Source: Podospora anserina (lineage: Eukaryota). From it: DNA of 64,000 nt. The stretch covers positions 7,440,001 to 7,504,000 of the forward strand of contig CM030332.1 of the NCBI GenBank assembly GCA_017654855.1, in the 5' to 3' direction. Positions 26,990 to 38,544 of the stretch are shown piece after piece. A program made the translations under genes and the position numbers. How positions within the stretch are numbered: position 1 is the stretch's first letter; each line of letters begins with the position of its first letter. The notes beneath the pieces were generated by a model, which saw nothing but the letters and a program-made list of their open reading frames with translations, was not told the origin of the DNA and did not search any database.

Positions 26990-29894
26990 ATGTATGGTCC
27001 GTGCGGCGACCGAGCCCACCAACCTCGAAGCTCGTGCCTTTAACAAGTCCGTGCGTTAAGGAGATCACGTGAAACATTGGATCGAGTAGCCCAACTGAGA
27101 GCCAAGGCCTTTTTGGCCAGCAGCATTGGCAGCGCGCCAACACGACTTTTGTCACCAACGCGTGGGATTTCACAACAACCTCACGACTTCGTTCTTGGTA
27201 ACCCTAACCCCAACCCTTCTCTATTGCACAGTTTTACTGACTGTCATCAAAGCCACGATTGCAGAGAAACAGCAATTGTCATCAGTCCAAAACATGTCTG
27301 GACGTGGCAGAGGTCGCGGCAGAGGTGGCGCTGGCACCGACACAGGTGCAGGTCGCGCCCGGCGTTCGACTCGACAGGCCGCCGTACAGCAGCAAGAACA
27401 AAGTGAGCCCACCCCAAGCATCAACACCCAGTCTCCTGCTCAGCAGAGCAACCAAGCCATTCCGTCTCAGGATGGGCTCATGGGACCCCCCCCGCCTCCG
27501 GGCATTAAGAATGTCCAAGGTCCAAGCGTGTACCAGTTCTCACGAAGAGGCGCTCCCCGAAGTGAACGCGGCGGAAGTCTGGCAAGCCTCAACAGCGTTG
27601 CTGTCAGTGACTCTGTGTACACAGCAATGACATCCCAGGCGGATCATCTGAGTGAGTTGGCCAGCTTGCCCGGTTCTCCCATTGTCGAAGGCGCCGACCT
27701 CGATTTGAACTTCATATTTCCTAGTTTGTTCTTATTGTTTTAGATTGGGTTTGAGGAGCTGGTTGCTGACAATGTTCTAGACACTACCGGACTCCCAGGT
27801 GCTGCTCCGGGAACCCCCATACGCCCAATTAATGTGCCAGTTCGAGCCACAAGTGTCCCGTTTTCTGTGAAGTACGAGACCCCTGGCAAGCGGGCGCGTC
27901 AAACTGTGTTCATGACCCGCAGATTACGCGACCTCAAAAACACAAGCGTCGAGTTCTTTGAGCATCTCTGCACTGATCAAGACAATGAGGGATGGGAGGA
28001 AGCCCATGAGCAGATCCGCTTTATCTATGATGCTTTCCGGAGGGTTTACGTTGGTAAGAACAGCGAGCCTACCATCGATCCCTCCTTTGTTCTTGAAGCC
28101 ATGGGGCACCACGAAGGCACTCCAGCATGGTACGAGGCTTACCGGACTGTTTACCTCGCCAATCTCGCCGCGCTTCTTCAAGACATCCAGACAACGGAGC
28201 AGCAGGATTACTTGCCTCTCCTTCAGTCCTGGGAGGATGACTTCCCCAAGTTTTACATACCAAAGGACCAGGACATTGCGGGTGTTTCTGAGATGGTGAT
28301 CGATATTCGGACGCAGCTCTCAATCTTCACCCTCAAGAAGTTCCGACAAGATGGCTCCATCGACTTTCATCCATACGAAAAGATTGCCAAGATTTGGAGC
28401 GGCGAGGATGTTTCGGCCAGCAAAGTGGAAGCTGCCTTGGGAGGAAACCAGGATGAGCTTCAACTGAAACCTGTTGACCCTGAAGACCCCGACTCAGCGC
28501 TGCACAGCGAGAGAGCGTGGACGCGGCTCAGATCGCTGTGCGAGCACTTTCTCAATCAACATTTGACGCCTGGTACCGAAGACGCTTTCGACCAAGCACT
28601 CAACCAACTTCAGTCCACTTATGACTTCTCTGAGTTTGTCAAACATCTCCGCGCGTTGGTCGAGGACAGCTTCCTCCGTACCAAGGAGGCTTTGGATGCT
28701 GCGGAACTCCCTCTGCCTGGCCAGTCATCCGATGCGAGTAGGATTGATTCGCAGATTCAAACCCAACTGGAAGCCGAAATGGCTCAAGATCCTGCTTCGT
28801 CATACAACGTCGGCTACCCTTCCTCATTGCCGACTTACCCAAGGATCCCCTATCCGGAGTTTAGCCAAGAGTCGAGCCCTGGATTCAGTGATCAGGTGCC
28901 GCGAAGCGGTTTCCAGAACGGAGCTATCTACGCTCAGTCTGCCGCACAGGTGACGACGACAACCGGCGGTAGGAAGAAACGCGGGGCAGCTGCTGCGGAT
29001 GCCAGCGGTGACCAGGAGAATACTCAGCCGAAGAAGCGTGCTAGACGCAAGAAGAATGCCGATGCAGAGTCCGACCCGTCTGCCAACGGCCAAGTCGTTC
29101 CTGTCCAGCCGGCAGCTCCCATTCAGTACCCCCCTCTCCCCGGTACTCAGCTAGAGCCCGATTTTGATGCTCTCACTCAGCGATCCAAGGAGATATCGGC
29201 TGCCAATCGGAAGGCCAGAGAGCCGCAAGTGCGCTCTGCCTGGGTGCGGAATGATGTTCGGGAGTTGGTCAAGGCTGTTCATACATACGGCTGCAAGTGG
29301 AGTGTTATCGAGAAGCAAATCAAGGAGGGAAATATTCATTTCGAGCGTCCTCGGGATCAGCAGGCCCTTCGTGACAAGGCGCGCTTGCTCAAGCAAGATT
29401 TCCTCAAGTAAGTCAGCCTGTCATGGTGATCAGCACAATGCCTTGCCACAGATTACTAACTTTCATTTCTCTCCAGGGTCGATGGCGTTCTCCCCAAGGG
29501 CTTTGATCTCGTCGTGCTGGGGAAGAAAGAGAGAGAAGCCGTCAAAGCTTGCGGCAAGAACCCCGACCGCAAAGAATCTGATCTCGATGCCAACGGCCAT
29601 CCAATCAACACGGAATTTGGCGATTCCGTCACCGCCGCGGCCCATGCGGCACCTGTTGCGCAGATGGACGCGCTTCCTCCTCCCCCGCCCCACGATCCCC
29701 AACTTCTCCAAGGTGCTGTGCATGGCGTGCAGGGCAACGATATCGGTATGGATGTCAGCCAAGATGGCATGCAAGATAATGGGTTTTCCGAGCACGGTAA
29801 ATCCGAAGCTGACCCGGTACACGACCCGGCGATGGATGCCTCTGCCGAAGCTCAGCCTGTGATCTCGGACCTGCAGCCACTTACAACTGTCTAG
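26990..29894 (+). CDS. Telobox-type Myb (telomere-repeat-binding-factor/Tbf1-like) protein, 800-816 aa; exons [26990-26996, 27253-] or ATG 27294-27651, 27781-29407, 29477-29894
   Basis: C-terminal Myb repeat WVRNDVRELVKAVHTYGCKWSVIE...RDQQALRDKARLLK resembles the telobox LKDK(W/A)RN helix; basic NLS-like stretches. Introns 27652-27780 and 29408-29476 are canonical and in frame; the upstream micro-exon is tentative. Confidence 0.8.
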
Positions 29895-30606
29895 GACGCA
29901 GATTCTATAGCACAGTGGGCGTCGAACATTGGTGAGCCCAACTAGGGTCGACTTATCCCCTCCATGACCGGTGGTCTGCCGCCAATCCTCTGGTTATAAC
30001 TACTATGAAGGTTTTTTTTTTTTTTTTTTTTTTTGGTTTTTTTTAAAGTTTTTTACATGGGAACCGTTGGGCGAGAAAAGATGTTGAATAACGTTAATGG
30101 GCACCATCGGTAGTATCTCCGTCAACTTTATGCGGACTGGAGAGGCAGCGAGTATCATTGTTTGTTAAAGTTTGTACCATCAAGGAAACCAAAAATTGGG
30201 TGGGAAAACTTGGGGTTTGATAGTTTAGCTAGGAGTTACAGTGTTTGTGGGGCTTCTTGTCGGAATAACAGTAGTCAACATGGCTATTTGTACAACTGTA
30301 CTCGGTACTGCATCGTGACATGCTGGCCACCTACGGTTCCCTAATCTACAAGTTCAATGCTCTGTTTGATGTCGTCGAAAGGGGCGTGCACGTGACCCCA
30401 CAATTCGCAACATGGCAGCTGGGGGGCTGGTCTGTGCGTCTCATTGTCACCCCCTGGGCTGTGGGGGCGGTTCGGTGGCCGCTGAATGGCGCGGGCATTG
30501 GCCAGCAAGCCATCCATGAATTGGCAACGTCGCGAGTTGGATTTCGAACTGCTGAGCCCGACTTCCACACAGCTCTACCAGCGCAAACCGTCTCGTTCTG
30601 CCCACC

Positions 30607-33555
30607 ATGAGCTACGGGAAGAAGGACGAGGATGCCGATACTGGTCTGGTCAAGATTGACCGGACCCAGGTTTTCCAAGAAGGTAGGAATCAACCGCTGC
30701 CGTTGTGTTGTGCAGTGGCCATCAGCTAATTACGAACTGGCGGTCCGCAGCTCGACTGTTCAACAGCTCCCCCATCCAACCGCGAAGATGCCGCATTCTC
30801 TTGACCAAGATCGGCCTGCTCCTCTACACGGGCGAGAAGTTCCCTACCACGGAAGCAACCACTCTTTTTTTCGGCATCTCGAAGCTCTTCCAGAACAAAG
30901 ATGCCAGTCTGCGCCAGATGGTCCACCTCATCATCAAGGAGCTCGCCAGCTCCGCCGAGGACATCATCATGGTCACGAGCACCATCATGAAGGATACTGG
31001 AGGCAGTACGGATGCCATCTATCGCCCAAATGCCATCAGAGCGCTCTGCCGCATTATTGATGTACGAGCTGCGGCGTCCAAGTGTCTCTGCCCAGCTGGC
31101 TAACACTCCTAACCAAACAGGCTACCACTGTCCAGTCCATCGAGCGAGTCCTCAAAACTGCCATCGTCGACAAGAACCCCACCGTTTCCTCTGCCGCTCT
31201 CGTTTCGTCGTACCACCTCCTCCCCATCGCCAGAGAAGTCGTCAAGAGATGGCAAAGCGAGACCCAGGAGGCGGCTGCTAGCACCAAGTCGTCCGGTGGC
31301 TTCTCGCTCGGCTTCTCTTCGTCTTCAGCCAACCTTCCCGTGAACAACTCCACGATGACCCAGTACCACGCTATCGGTCTGTTGTACCAGATGAGGATGC
31401 ACGACAGGATGGCATTGGTGAAGATGGTGCAGCAGTTCGGTGCGGCCGGCGCTGTGAAGAACCCCGCCGCCATCGTCATGCTCGTCCGTCTTGCCGCCCA
31501 GCTGGCCGAGGAGGATGCCCAGCTCAGGAGGCCGATGATGCAGCTGCTGGATGGCTGGCTCAGACATAAGAGCGAGATGGTCAACTTCGAGGCGGCTAAG
31601 GCTATCTGCGACATGCGGGATGTCACCGACGCCGAGGTTTCGCAGGCCGTCCACGTCCTCCAGCTCTTCCTCACCTCTCCTCGCGCTGTCACCAAGTTTG
31701 CGGCTCTTCGTATTCTGCACAACATCGCCTCGTTCAAGCCCAATGTTGTCAACGTCTGCAACCCCGACATCGAGCTCCTCATCTCCAACAGCAACCGTTC
31801 CATTGCTACTTTCGCCATCACCACCCTGCTCAAGACCGGCAACGAGGCTAGTGTGGATCGTCTCATGAAGCAAATCTCCGGCTTCATGTCTGAGATCACG
31901 GATGAGTTCAAGATTACCATCGTGGAGGCCATCCGCACGCTTTGCCTCAAGTTCCCTAGCAAGCAGGCCGGCATGCTCCAGTTCCTCAGCGGCGTCCTGC
32001 GCGATGAGGGTGGCTATGAGTTCAAGCGCGCCGTGGTGGAGAGCATGTTTGACCTGATCAAGTTTGTCCCCGAATCAAAGGAGGAGGCTCTCGCCCATCT
32101 GTGCGAATTCATCGAGGACTGTGAGTTTACCAAGCTTGCTGTTCGCATCCTGCATCTCCTTGGTGTGGAAGGCCCCAAGACCTCGCAGCCTACCAAGTAC
32201 ATCCGGTACATCTACAACCGTGTTGTGCTTGAAAACGCCCTTGTTCGCGCCGCCGCCGTCACCGCGTTGGCCAAGTTCGGTGTTGGCCAGAAGGACCCCG
32301 AGGTCAAGCGCAGTGTGGACGTTTTGCTCACCCGCTGCTTGGACGATGTGGATGATGAGGTCCGTGATCGTGCTGCGCTCAACCTCAGCCTGATGCACGA
32401 GGAGGATGAGTTGGCGACGAGGTTCGTCAAGAACGACAGCATGTTCTCTCTTCCATACTTTGAGCACCAGCTCGTCATGTACGTCACATCTGATGACAAG
32501 TCTGTGTTTGACGACTCTTTCGACGTCTCCAAGATCCCAATTGTCACCCGGGAGCAGGCCGATGCGGAGGACAGGACGAAGAAGCTCACGGCCACCACAC
32601 CATCGCTCAAGCCACCAAAGACCGGCCCCACCAAGGCTGCTCCCTCGGCGGCCGACGCCGCGGCTTCTGCCACGGCTACCGCGCAAAAGTATGCCCAGGA
32701 GCTTTTGGCCATCCCAGAGCTCAAGGAGTTTGGTGCCGTGCTCAAATCCTCGCCTGTCGTGGAGCTCACGGAGGCCGAGACCGAGTACGTCGTCAGCGTG
32801 GTCAAGCACATCTTCAAGGAGCACATTGTGCTGCAGTATGAGGTCAAGAACACGCTTCCCGACACCGTACTAGAAAATGTCTCCGTTGTGGCTACTCCTT
32901 CGGACGAGGAAGAGCTGCAAGAGGTGTTTATCATTCAGGCTGAGAAACTGGCTACGGATGAGCCAGGCAAGATCTATGTTGCGTTCCAGAAGGTGAACGG
33001 CGAAGGGGCTCTTCCCATCGCCACCTTCAGCAACGTTCTCAAGTTCACCAGCAAGGAGATTGATCCCACTACTAGCGAGCCAGAGGAGACTGGGTATGAT
33101 GACGAGTACGAAGTTTCCGAGTTTGACTTGTCGGGTGCCGATTATGTGGTGCCGGCGTTTGCTAGCAACTTTGCGCACATCTGGGAGCAGGTGGGCGCGC
33201 AAGGGGACGAGGCTGAGGAGACGCTGCAGCTGAGTGGGATGAAGAGCATAGCGGGTATGTTTTTTTCCCCCACTTTTACTACGATATCGTTGGTTTGCTA
33301 ACATGTTTTTTTTTTTTTTTAGATGCCACTGAACAACTAGCCAAGGCACTGTCACTCCAGCCTCTGGAGGGCACCGATGTACCAGTCAACCAGACGACAC
33401 ACACGCTCAAGCTGCTGGGCAAGACGGTCGGCGGCGGCAGGGTGGTGGCCAACGTCAGGATGGCCTACTCATCCAAGACGGGCGTGACAACCAAGATCAC
33501 GGTGAGGAGTGAGGAGGAGGGTGTGGCGGCTCTTGTTATTGGTTCTGTTGCTTAA
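30607..33555 (+). CDS. SEC21: Coatomer (COPI) subunit gamma, 917 aa; exons 30607-30682, 30751-31061, 31121-33254, 33323-33555
   Basis: MSYGKKDED...DRTQVFQEARLFNSSPIQPRRCR, LAHLCEFIEDCEFTKLAVRILHLLG, LTEAETEYVV; three canonical introns give 2754 nt. Confidence 0.97.
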
Positions 33556-34723
33556 TGACCTGTTTGGCGTTATACCTATTTTATTATACTTGGCCGTTGT
33601 TGGTTGTTTTTGGTTTGCGTTGGGGTGGGGGGGGAGGGAGGAGGCGAGGGAAAATTGAAGAGAATTATTAACTACAATGGAGGGTTTCTGTGCAAAGTGA
33701 GAGATGAATGGGTATGTGTTTGGTTACGGAAAGTGGAGGGCGGGGGATAAAGGTTGACGACTGGTGTGTGACAAAATGCCGAAGTGTAGACATCTGATGA
33801 ATACAGTGAAAATGGGTGGTTCAACAAGGTACATGCTGGAGTGAGTGGTGAGTTGATGTTTGACATGTGATGCCGTGTGGTGAGGGGTGAAGTCATTGAC
33901 AGACGGGGGCCAGATGATCAGCTTGTCGTTGCCAAGGAATCCAGGTGTTGGGTTGAAGTGCATCATCGGCAAAAGCCGCTGGCAAAAAGTGGGTTAAGTG
34001 ATGCATTGGAGATCGATAAGATTGGATAATCGGCGACCCTTGCACGGGCTAAGCAACAAGTCAAAAGTGGGGTTTGGGTTTTTCCAACCTCTAAAAGTTT
34101 TGAGGAACAAGAACTGTTGTTTGGAATCGAACGGGGTTGTATAGTTTGGTTGATCGTCTGTTTTGAGGAGAGGACATAATTGGTTGTGTTGCCTGGATGA
34201 GATGAACTGATTCGGGGGTACACGGTTCAGCTGACTGACGACTTTTTTGGTGCCGTAGATTTGGACAATGCGGAAGCGGGAATTGTGAGTTGGAAGGGTA
34301 CGAGAGTAGCAGAAACTGGGACAAAACCCATGACGCACTTTCCCACCACCGCATCACATTTCCCTGTTTCCTGGTTGATTGGTTGGCTCATTTCACCTCT
34401 TTTTATTTTTGATATGCGGTAGCAAAGCAAAAGACACGAAACCTGTCCCTGTCCAAGTCCAGACGGTCGCGATGCGGAACGCGTAACAATCTACTTGCTG
34501 CGAAGAAAAAAAGAAAGAAAAAAAACATCTCAAGGAGGGGTCCCCCCTCTTTCTTCCTTTTCGCATCTTGACCACTACTTGTGTGCATGAGAAAGCTCCA
34601 CTCTAGGCATTCTTTACTTTCTCCAGTCTTCTTGCCCCGAGTTGAGGAGCCGCTCTTCTCCTCTCCCCTCTTTTACGTCCCCGAGATCGCCGGTTGTTGT
34701 GTTTTCTCTTTTTTTTCTCTTCT

Positions 34724-34771
34724 GCCGGTTTTCTCTTCCGCCGGTTTTCTCTTCCGCCGGTTTTCTCTTCC
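34724..34771. repeat. Three perfect tandem copies of the 16-mer GCCGGTTTTCTCTTCC
   Basis: Copies at 34724, 34740 and 34756 with partial copies on both sides, ~205 bp upstream of the ATG at 34977. Confidence 0.93.
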
Positions 34772-34976
34772 AGCCGGAAAAGGGCCTCTCTTCAGCAGTA
34801 AGGGAGCACAACAACAGGCGCGACGCAAGTGTCTGCGAGAAGCCATCTCCCAGCACAAATCAACAAAGAACACGCCGCCATAAGCCCCGTCATAACCTCG
34901 ACTCCTCTTCCCGACCGAAAACAACCACAACCCCTCCCGCTGACGAAGCCGCTTCCGAGCGCACCTTTTACCGGCC

Positions 34977-36242
34977 ATGGTCTACGTCCGTCAAGAGCGG
35001 CTCCCGGCCCTCAAGCAATACAAGTACTCCTCGGTCGACCACTCCCTCGTCTCGAAATATATCCTCAAGCCCTTTTACACCAACGTCGTGATCAAACTGT
35101 TCCCCCTGTCCATGGCCCCCAACCTGATCACCCTGACGGGCTTCATGTTTGTCGTCGCCAACTTTTTGACCCTGCTCTGGTACAACCCCACGCTTGACCA
35201 AGACTGCCCGTCGTGGGTGTACTACTCCTGGGCTGCCGGCCTCTTCCTCTACCAGACCTTTGACGCGGTCGACGGGACCCAGGCAAGAAGGACGAAGCAG
35301 TCTGGCCCGCTGGGCGAGCTGTTTGATCACGGCGTTGACGCGCTGAACACGAGCTTGGAGGTGCTGATTTTTGCGGCGTCGCAGAACATGGGGCAGTCTT
35401 GGAAGACGGTCGCGACGCTGTTTGCGAGCTTGTTGACGTTTTATGTCCAGACCTGGGATGAGTACCACACCAAGACTCTGACGCTCGGGATTGTCAACGG
35501 GCCGGTGGAGGGGATTTTGATTCTGGTGGGAGTGTATGCCTTGACGGGTTACAAGGGGGGGGCGAGTTTCTGGCAGCAGGGGATGCTGGCTGCTGTCGGG
35601 ATCCCGCAGGAGATCTTGGGCCTGACGATCCCGGAGGGGGTTTATAACATGAACTTTACCGAGTGGTACATGGTTCAGGGAACGGTTGTGTTGGTTTGCA
35701 ACACTGTCGAGTCGGCGAGGAATGTGATTCGGGCGAGGAGGGCGAAGGGGGACAAGTCGCGGTATGCTCTGGTCGGGCTGGGACCATTCTTCGCGGCATG
35801 GGGGCTGATTGTGGCTTATCTGTGGTTGCAGCCGGGGATTTTGAGGGGGCATTTGGTTCCTTTTGCGCTGTTTGCCGGGTTGGTGAATGCGTATAGCGTG
35901 GGACAGATGATCACGGCGCATTTGGTCAAGTTGGATTTCCCCTACTGGAACGTCATGGTCATCCCTCTGGGCTTTGGGGTGGTGGATTCGCTTGGGCCGT
36001 TGCTGCTGAAGCATAGCCCTATTCCTGGCCTGGGGTGGCCGAGTGCCCTCGGGGATGGGGTGTATCAGGTTGCGTACATGTTCTGCATGCTGGGGATGGC
36101 GGTGGGTGTGTATGGGAGTTTTGTGGTGGATGTGATTGTGACGATTTGCGACTACTTGGACATTTGGTGCTTGACGATTAAGCACCCGTATGTTCCTGAG
36201 GAGGAGGACGAGAGCAACGGGGAGTTGAAGAAGAAGAATTGA
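34977..36242 (+). CDS. CDP-alcohol phosphatidyltransferase (choline/ethanolamine phosphotransferase, CPT1/EPT1 family), 421 aa, intronless
   Basis: Signature FDAVDGTQARRTKQSGPLGELFDHGVD; N-terminal YKYSSVDHS and MAPNLITL; multiple TM helices; C-terminal KKKN (KKXX-type ER retrieval signal). Confidence 0.96.
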   Translation: MVYVRQERLPALKQYKYSSVDHSLVSKYILKPFYTNVVIKLFPLSMAPNLITLTGFMFVVANFLTLLWYNPTLDQDCPSWVYYSWAAGLFLYQTFDAVDGTQARRTKQSGPLGELFDHGVDALNTSLEVLIFAASQNMGQSWKTVATLFASLLTFYVQTWDEYHTKTLTLGIVNGPVEGILILVGVYALTGYKGGASFWQQGMLAAVGIPQEILGLTIPEGVYNMNFTEWYMVQGTVVLVCNTVESARNVIRARRAKGDKSRYALVGLGPFFAAWGLIVAYLWLQPGILRGHLVPFALFAGLVNAYSVGQMITAHLVKLDFPYWNVMVIPLGFGVVDSLGPLLLKHSPIPGLGWPSALGDGVYQVAYMFCMLGMAVGVYGSFVVDVIVTICDYLDIWCLTIKHPYVPEEEDESNGELKKKN

Positions 36243-36521
36243 GCGGGGAGGGGAAAGTGAAGTTGAACTCGGTGGGTTGGGAGGTGGAAGGGGCGAGACA
36301 GGAAGACGGAAACTGGGTTATCCTAATGGTGTACACAGGAAGAGGCACATGGTGGCGTATGAGGGAGGCGGTTTGAGACCCATTTTCGGTTTGGCCTGAT
36401 CAGTTTGACCGGCAAAACATTGCAACACAACAACATGACGATTTGATACCTCTCTGTAGTTTTTTATTTTTTTATGACGAATCTGGCTTTGGTGTTTCAT
36501 GGGAGGGTATATATAGACGGA

Positions 36522-36556
36522 TAGCTTAGCTTAGCTTAGTTTAGCTTAGCTTAGCC
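36522..36556. repeat. (TAGCT)7 imperfect pentanucleotide microsatellite
   Basis: tagct tagct tagct tagtt tagct tagct tagcc between convergent genes. Confidence 0.9.
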
Positions 36557-37211
36557 TTTGCTTGGGGGCGAAGGAGGAACGGTCATTTTGAACAACTTCA
36601 TTATCTCAACGCTTGCATAGTGGTCTGCCTTTTGTCTTTTGTGCCCACAGTAAGCTTTAACCCACAAGGCCCTCGTAACCAGATATCAAAGAGTTTTTCA
36701 ATTTTCAAATCATCCCTATCTAGTGAGATCGAAAGCCACTTCAAAACATCATTTGAGATTCAATATATGCCCAGCTTTGTATCGGCAATATCCAAAGACA
36801 AAGCATGGAGGAACGAAGTTCACAAAAAGAATGCGAGTGCCTCTCCCCCGCTCCCACCCATATTCACAATGTTGAAGTTTATAAAAAAAAAGAAGAAAAA
36901 AAGAAAAAAACAAAAAAAGAAAAAAAGAAAAAAAAAAGAATACAACCCAATGAACGCCCCTTATTTACCCTCTTGCCCAACCACATACCGTCCAGCCCAA
37001 CCATCGTGCTCTCCCGAAAAACCGCTGCCAACCGACCCATAACCCGGGACCCCTTATAACGCCAAAAAGTTCAACCCAGTTCGTTTTTAGTGTACTGTGT
37101 GATATATGCTGGGTGACAGACTGATTTTCTTGCGTGTACGTAAAGAGAGTTGGGTGTTGTGTCGGTCATAATCTTCGTAAAAAACTCGGCAAATCATACA
37201 ACGCTGTTGAA

Positions 37212-38544
37212 TCAAAGAAGCTCGTCGCTCCCACTGGCCACACTCTGCTCGATGGCCATGAGAATGGCCCTTTCCTCAAACACCGGGCCTTGGCCATCGC
37301 ACTTGGCCAGAGGCTTGATCCGTTCGCTGACTGCTCCGATATCAACCAGTCCACGCCGGAAGAGATCATGGCTGATGATTAGCTCCCACGTTGCGCCTGC
37401 AGCGAGAAGACGTTCGCCGCTGTCACTGGTCACTATCCTGTGGCTTGGAGTCTTGTTGGCGTGGTTCTGGAGGACGTTGGAGTAAAAGTCGGTTGGGTTG
37501 TACGACATGGGACCTGTCACGACTGGTGAGGCGCTGTTCCTGCCGGGCGACCCACCACCGTTAGCATTGGATGTCGCCCGCAGGATCTCGAGCTCGGTCA
37601 TCTTCTGCTGCAGTTCCTTCTTCAGGCGCTCATTCTCGGTCGCCGTCTCCTGCTCCCTTTGCTCGGTTTGTTGCAGGCGGTTTTCGAGATCCTTGACGTG
37701 GCGTTCCTTGCGCTCGCGGAAGGCTCGTTGACTACAGACAAGGTCAGCAAGGTCGTGTGCATCAATGACGGGACGGGACCGCAAGCACGGCGGACATCCC
37801 GTCCGATGTGTTCATCCTGGGAGCCGACAGGATGGTTGGTGCAACAAAGGACGGAGCCGGAGTATCACATACGCTGCACGGTTTTGAGCTTTACGCCTCG
37901 ACTGGGCTGGGGTCAGGTCATCCTCTTCCGAATTGGACCCTTGTTGCCGACGGCTCTGCTCGTCAAAGTCTATCTTGGAGAGAGGCAGGATCTCAACGGT
38001 AGGGGGCCGCGCCTGCGGGACGGCGCCATTGATGGGGCCCGGCTGCACAGGTGCAGGAATGGGAGCCTGACCCGGCGGCGTGGGTGGACCCGGGAAGGTC
38101 TGCGCAGGATTGAATTGGACGTAGTTGTCGAAGTTCTGGAACTGCTCATGAGGGATGCCGTTGGGGTATTGCTCGTAGACCTCCTGAGTAATCATTGTGT
38201 AAGCCTCTCGTACGCAACGGCCAATGCGCGCTACTGCCCACGGATGGCGGGCAAATGCGGAGACCATAAGACCAGACAGCCACACAAAAGCGAGCCCAAG
38301 TCCGGCCTGTCGGAGTACAACAAGCCGGACGCTTCCTCTTCCTCGTCCTCGTCCTCGTCCTCTTCCTCCTCTTCGTCCCTGCGCCGTCCAGACTTCAGAC
38401 CGAAATGCAACCTACCGGAGGTGAGGTGGTGTTGAAGTCGTCCGACGCTACCGATGTGGAATGCGCCGGAGTGAGGGGAGGAGGGATCCCCATGAATTGG
38501 TAGGGCTGAGAGCCACCAAAGTACGCGGTATGTGTGAAATCCAT
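37212..38544 (-). CDS. Yap-like bZIP transcription factor (Fcr3/RsmA-like), ~319 aa; exons 38544-38416, 38183-37873, 37731-37212
   Basis: Spliced basic region RRKAQNRAAQRAFRERKERHVKDLE plus leucine zipper; C-terminal LLAAGATWELI...AKCDGQGPVF...DELL is typical of this subfamily; two canonical introns (960 nt). Confidence 0.92.

Noticed and set aside
31054-36185. Long minus-strand ORFs opposite SEC21 and the phosphotransferase (306, 249, 240, 405 aa)
   Set aside because: Antisense shadows of highly biased coding sequence.
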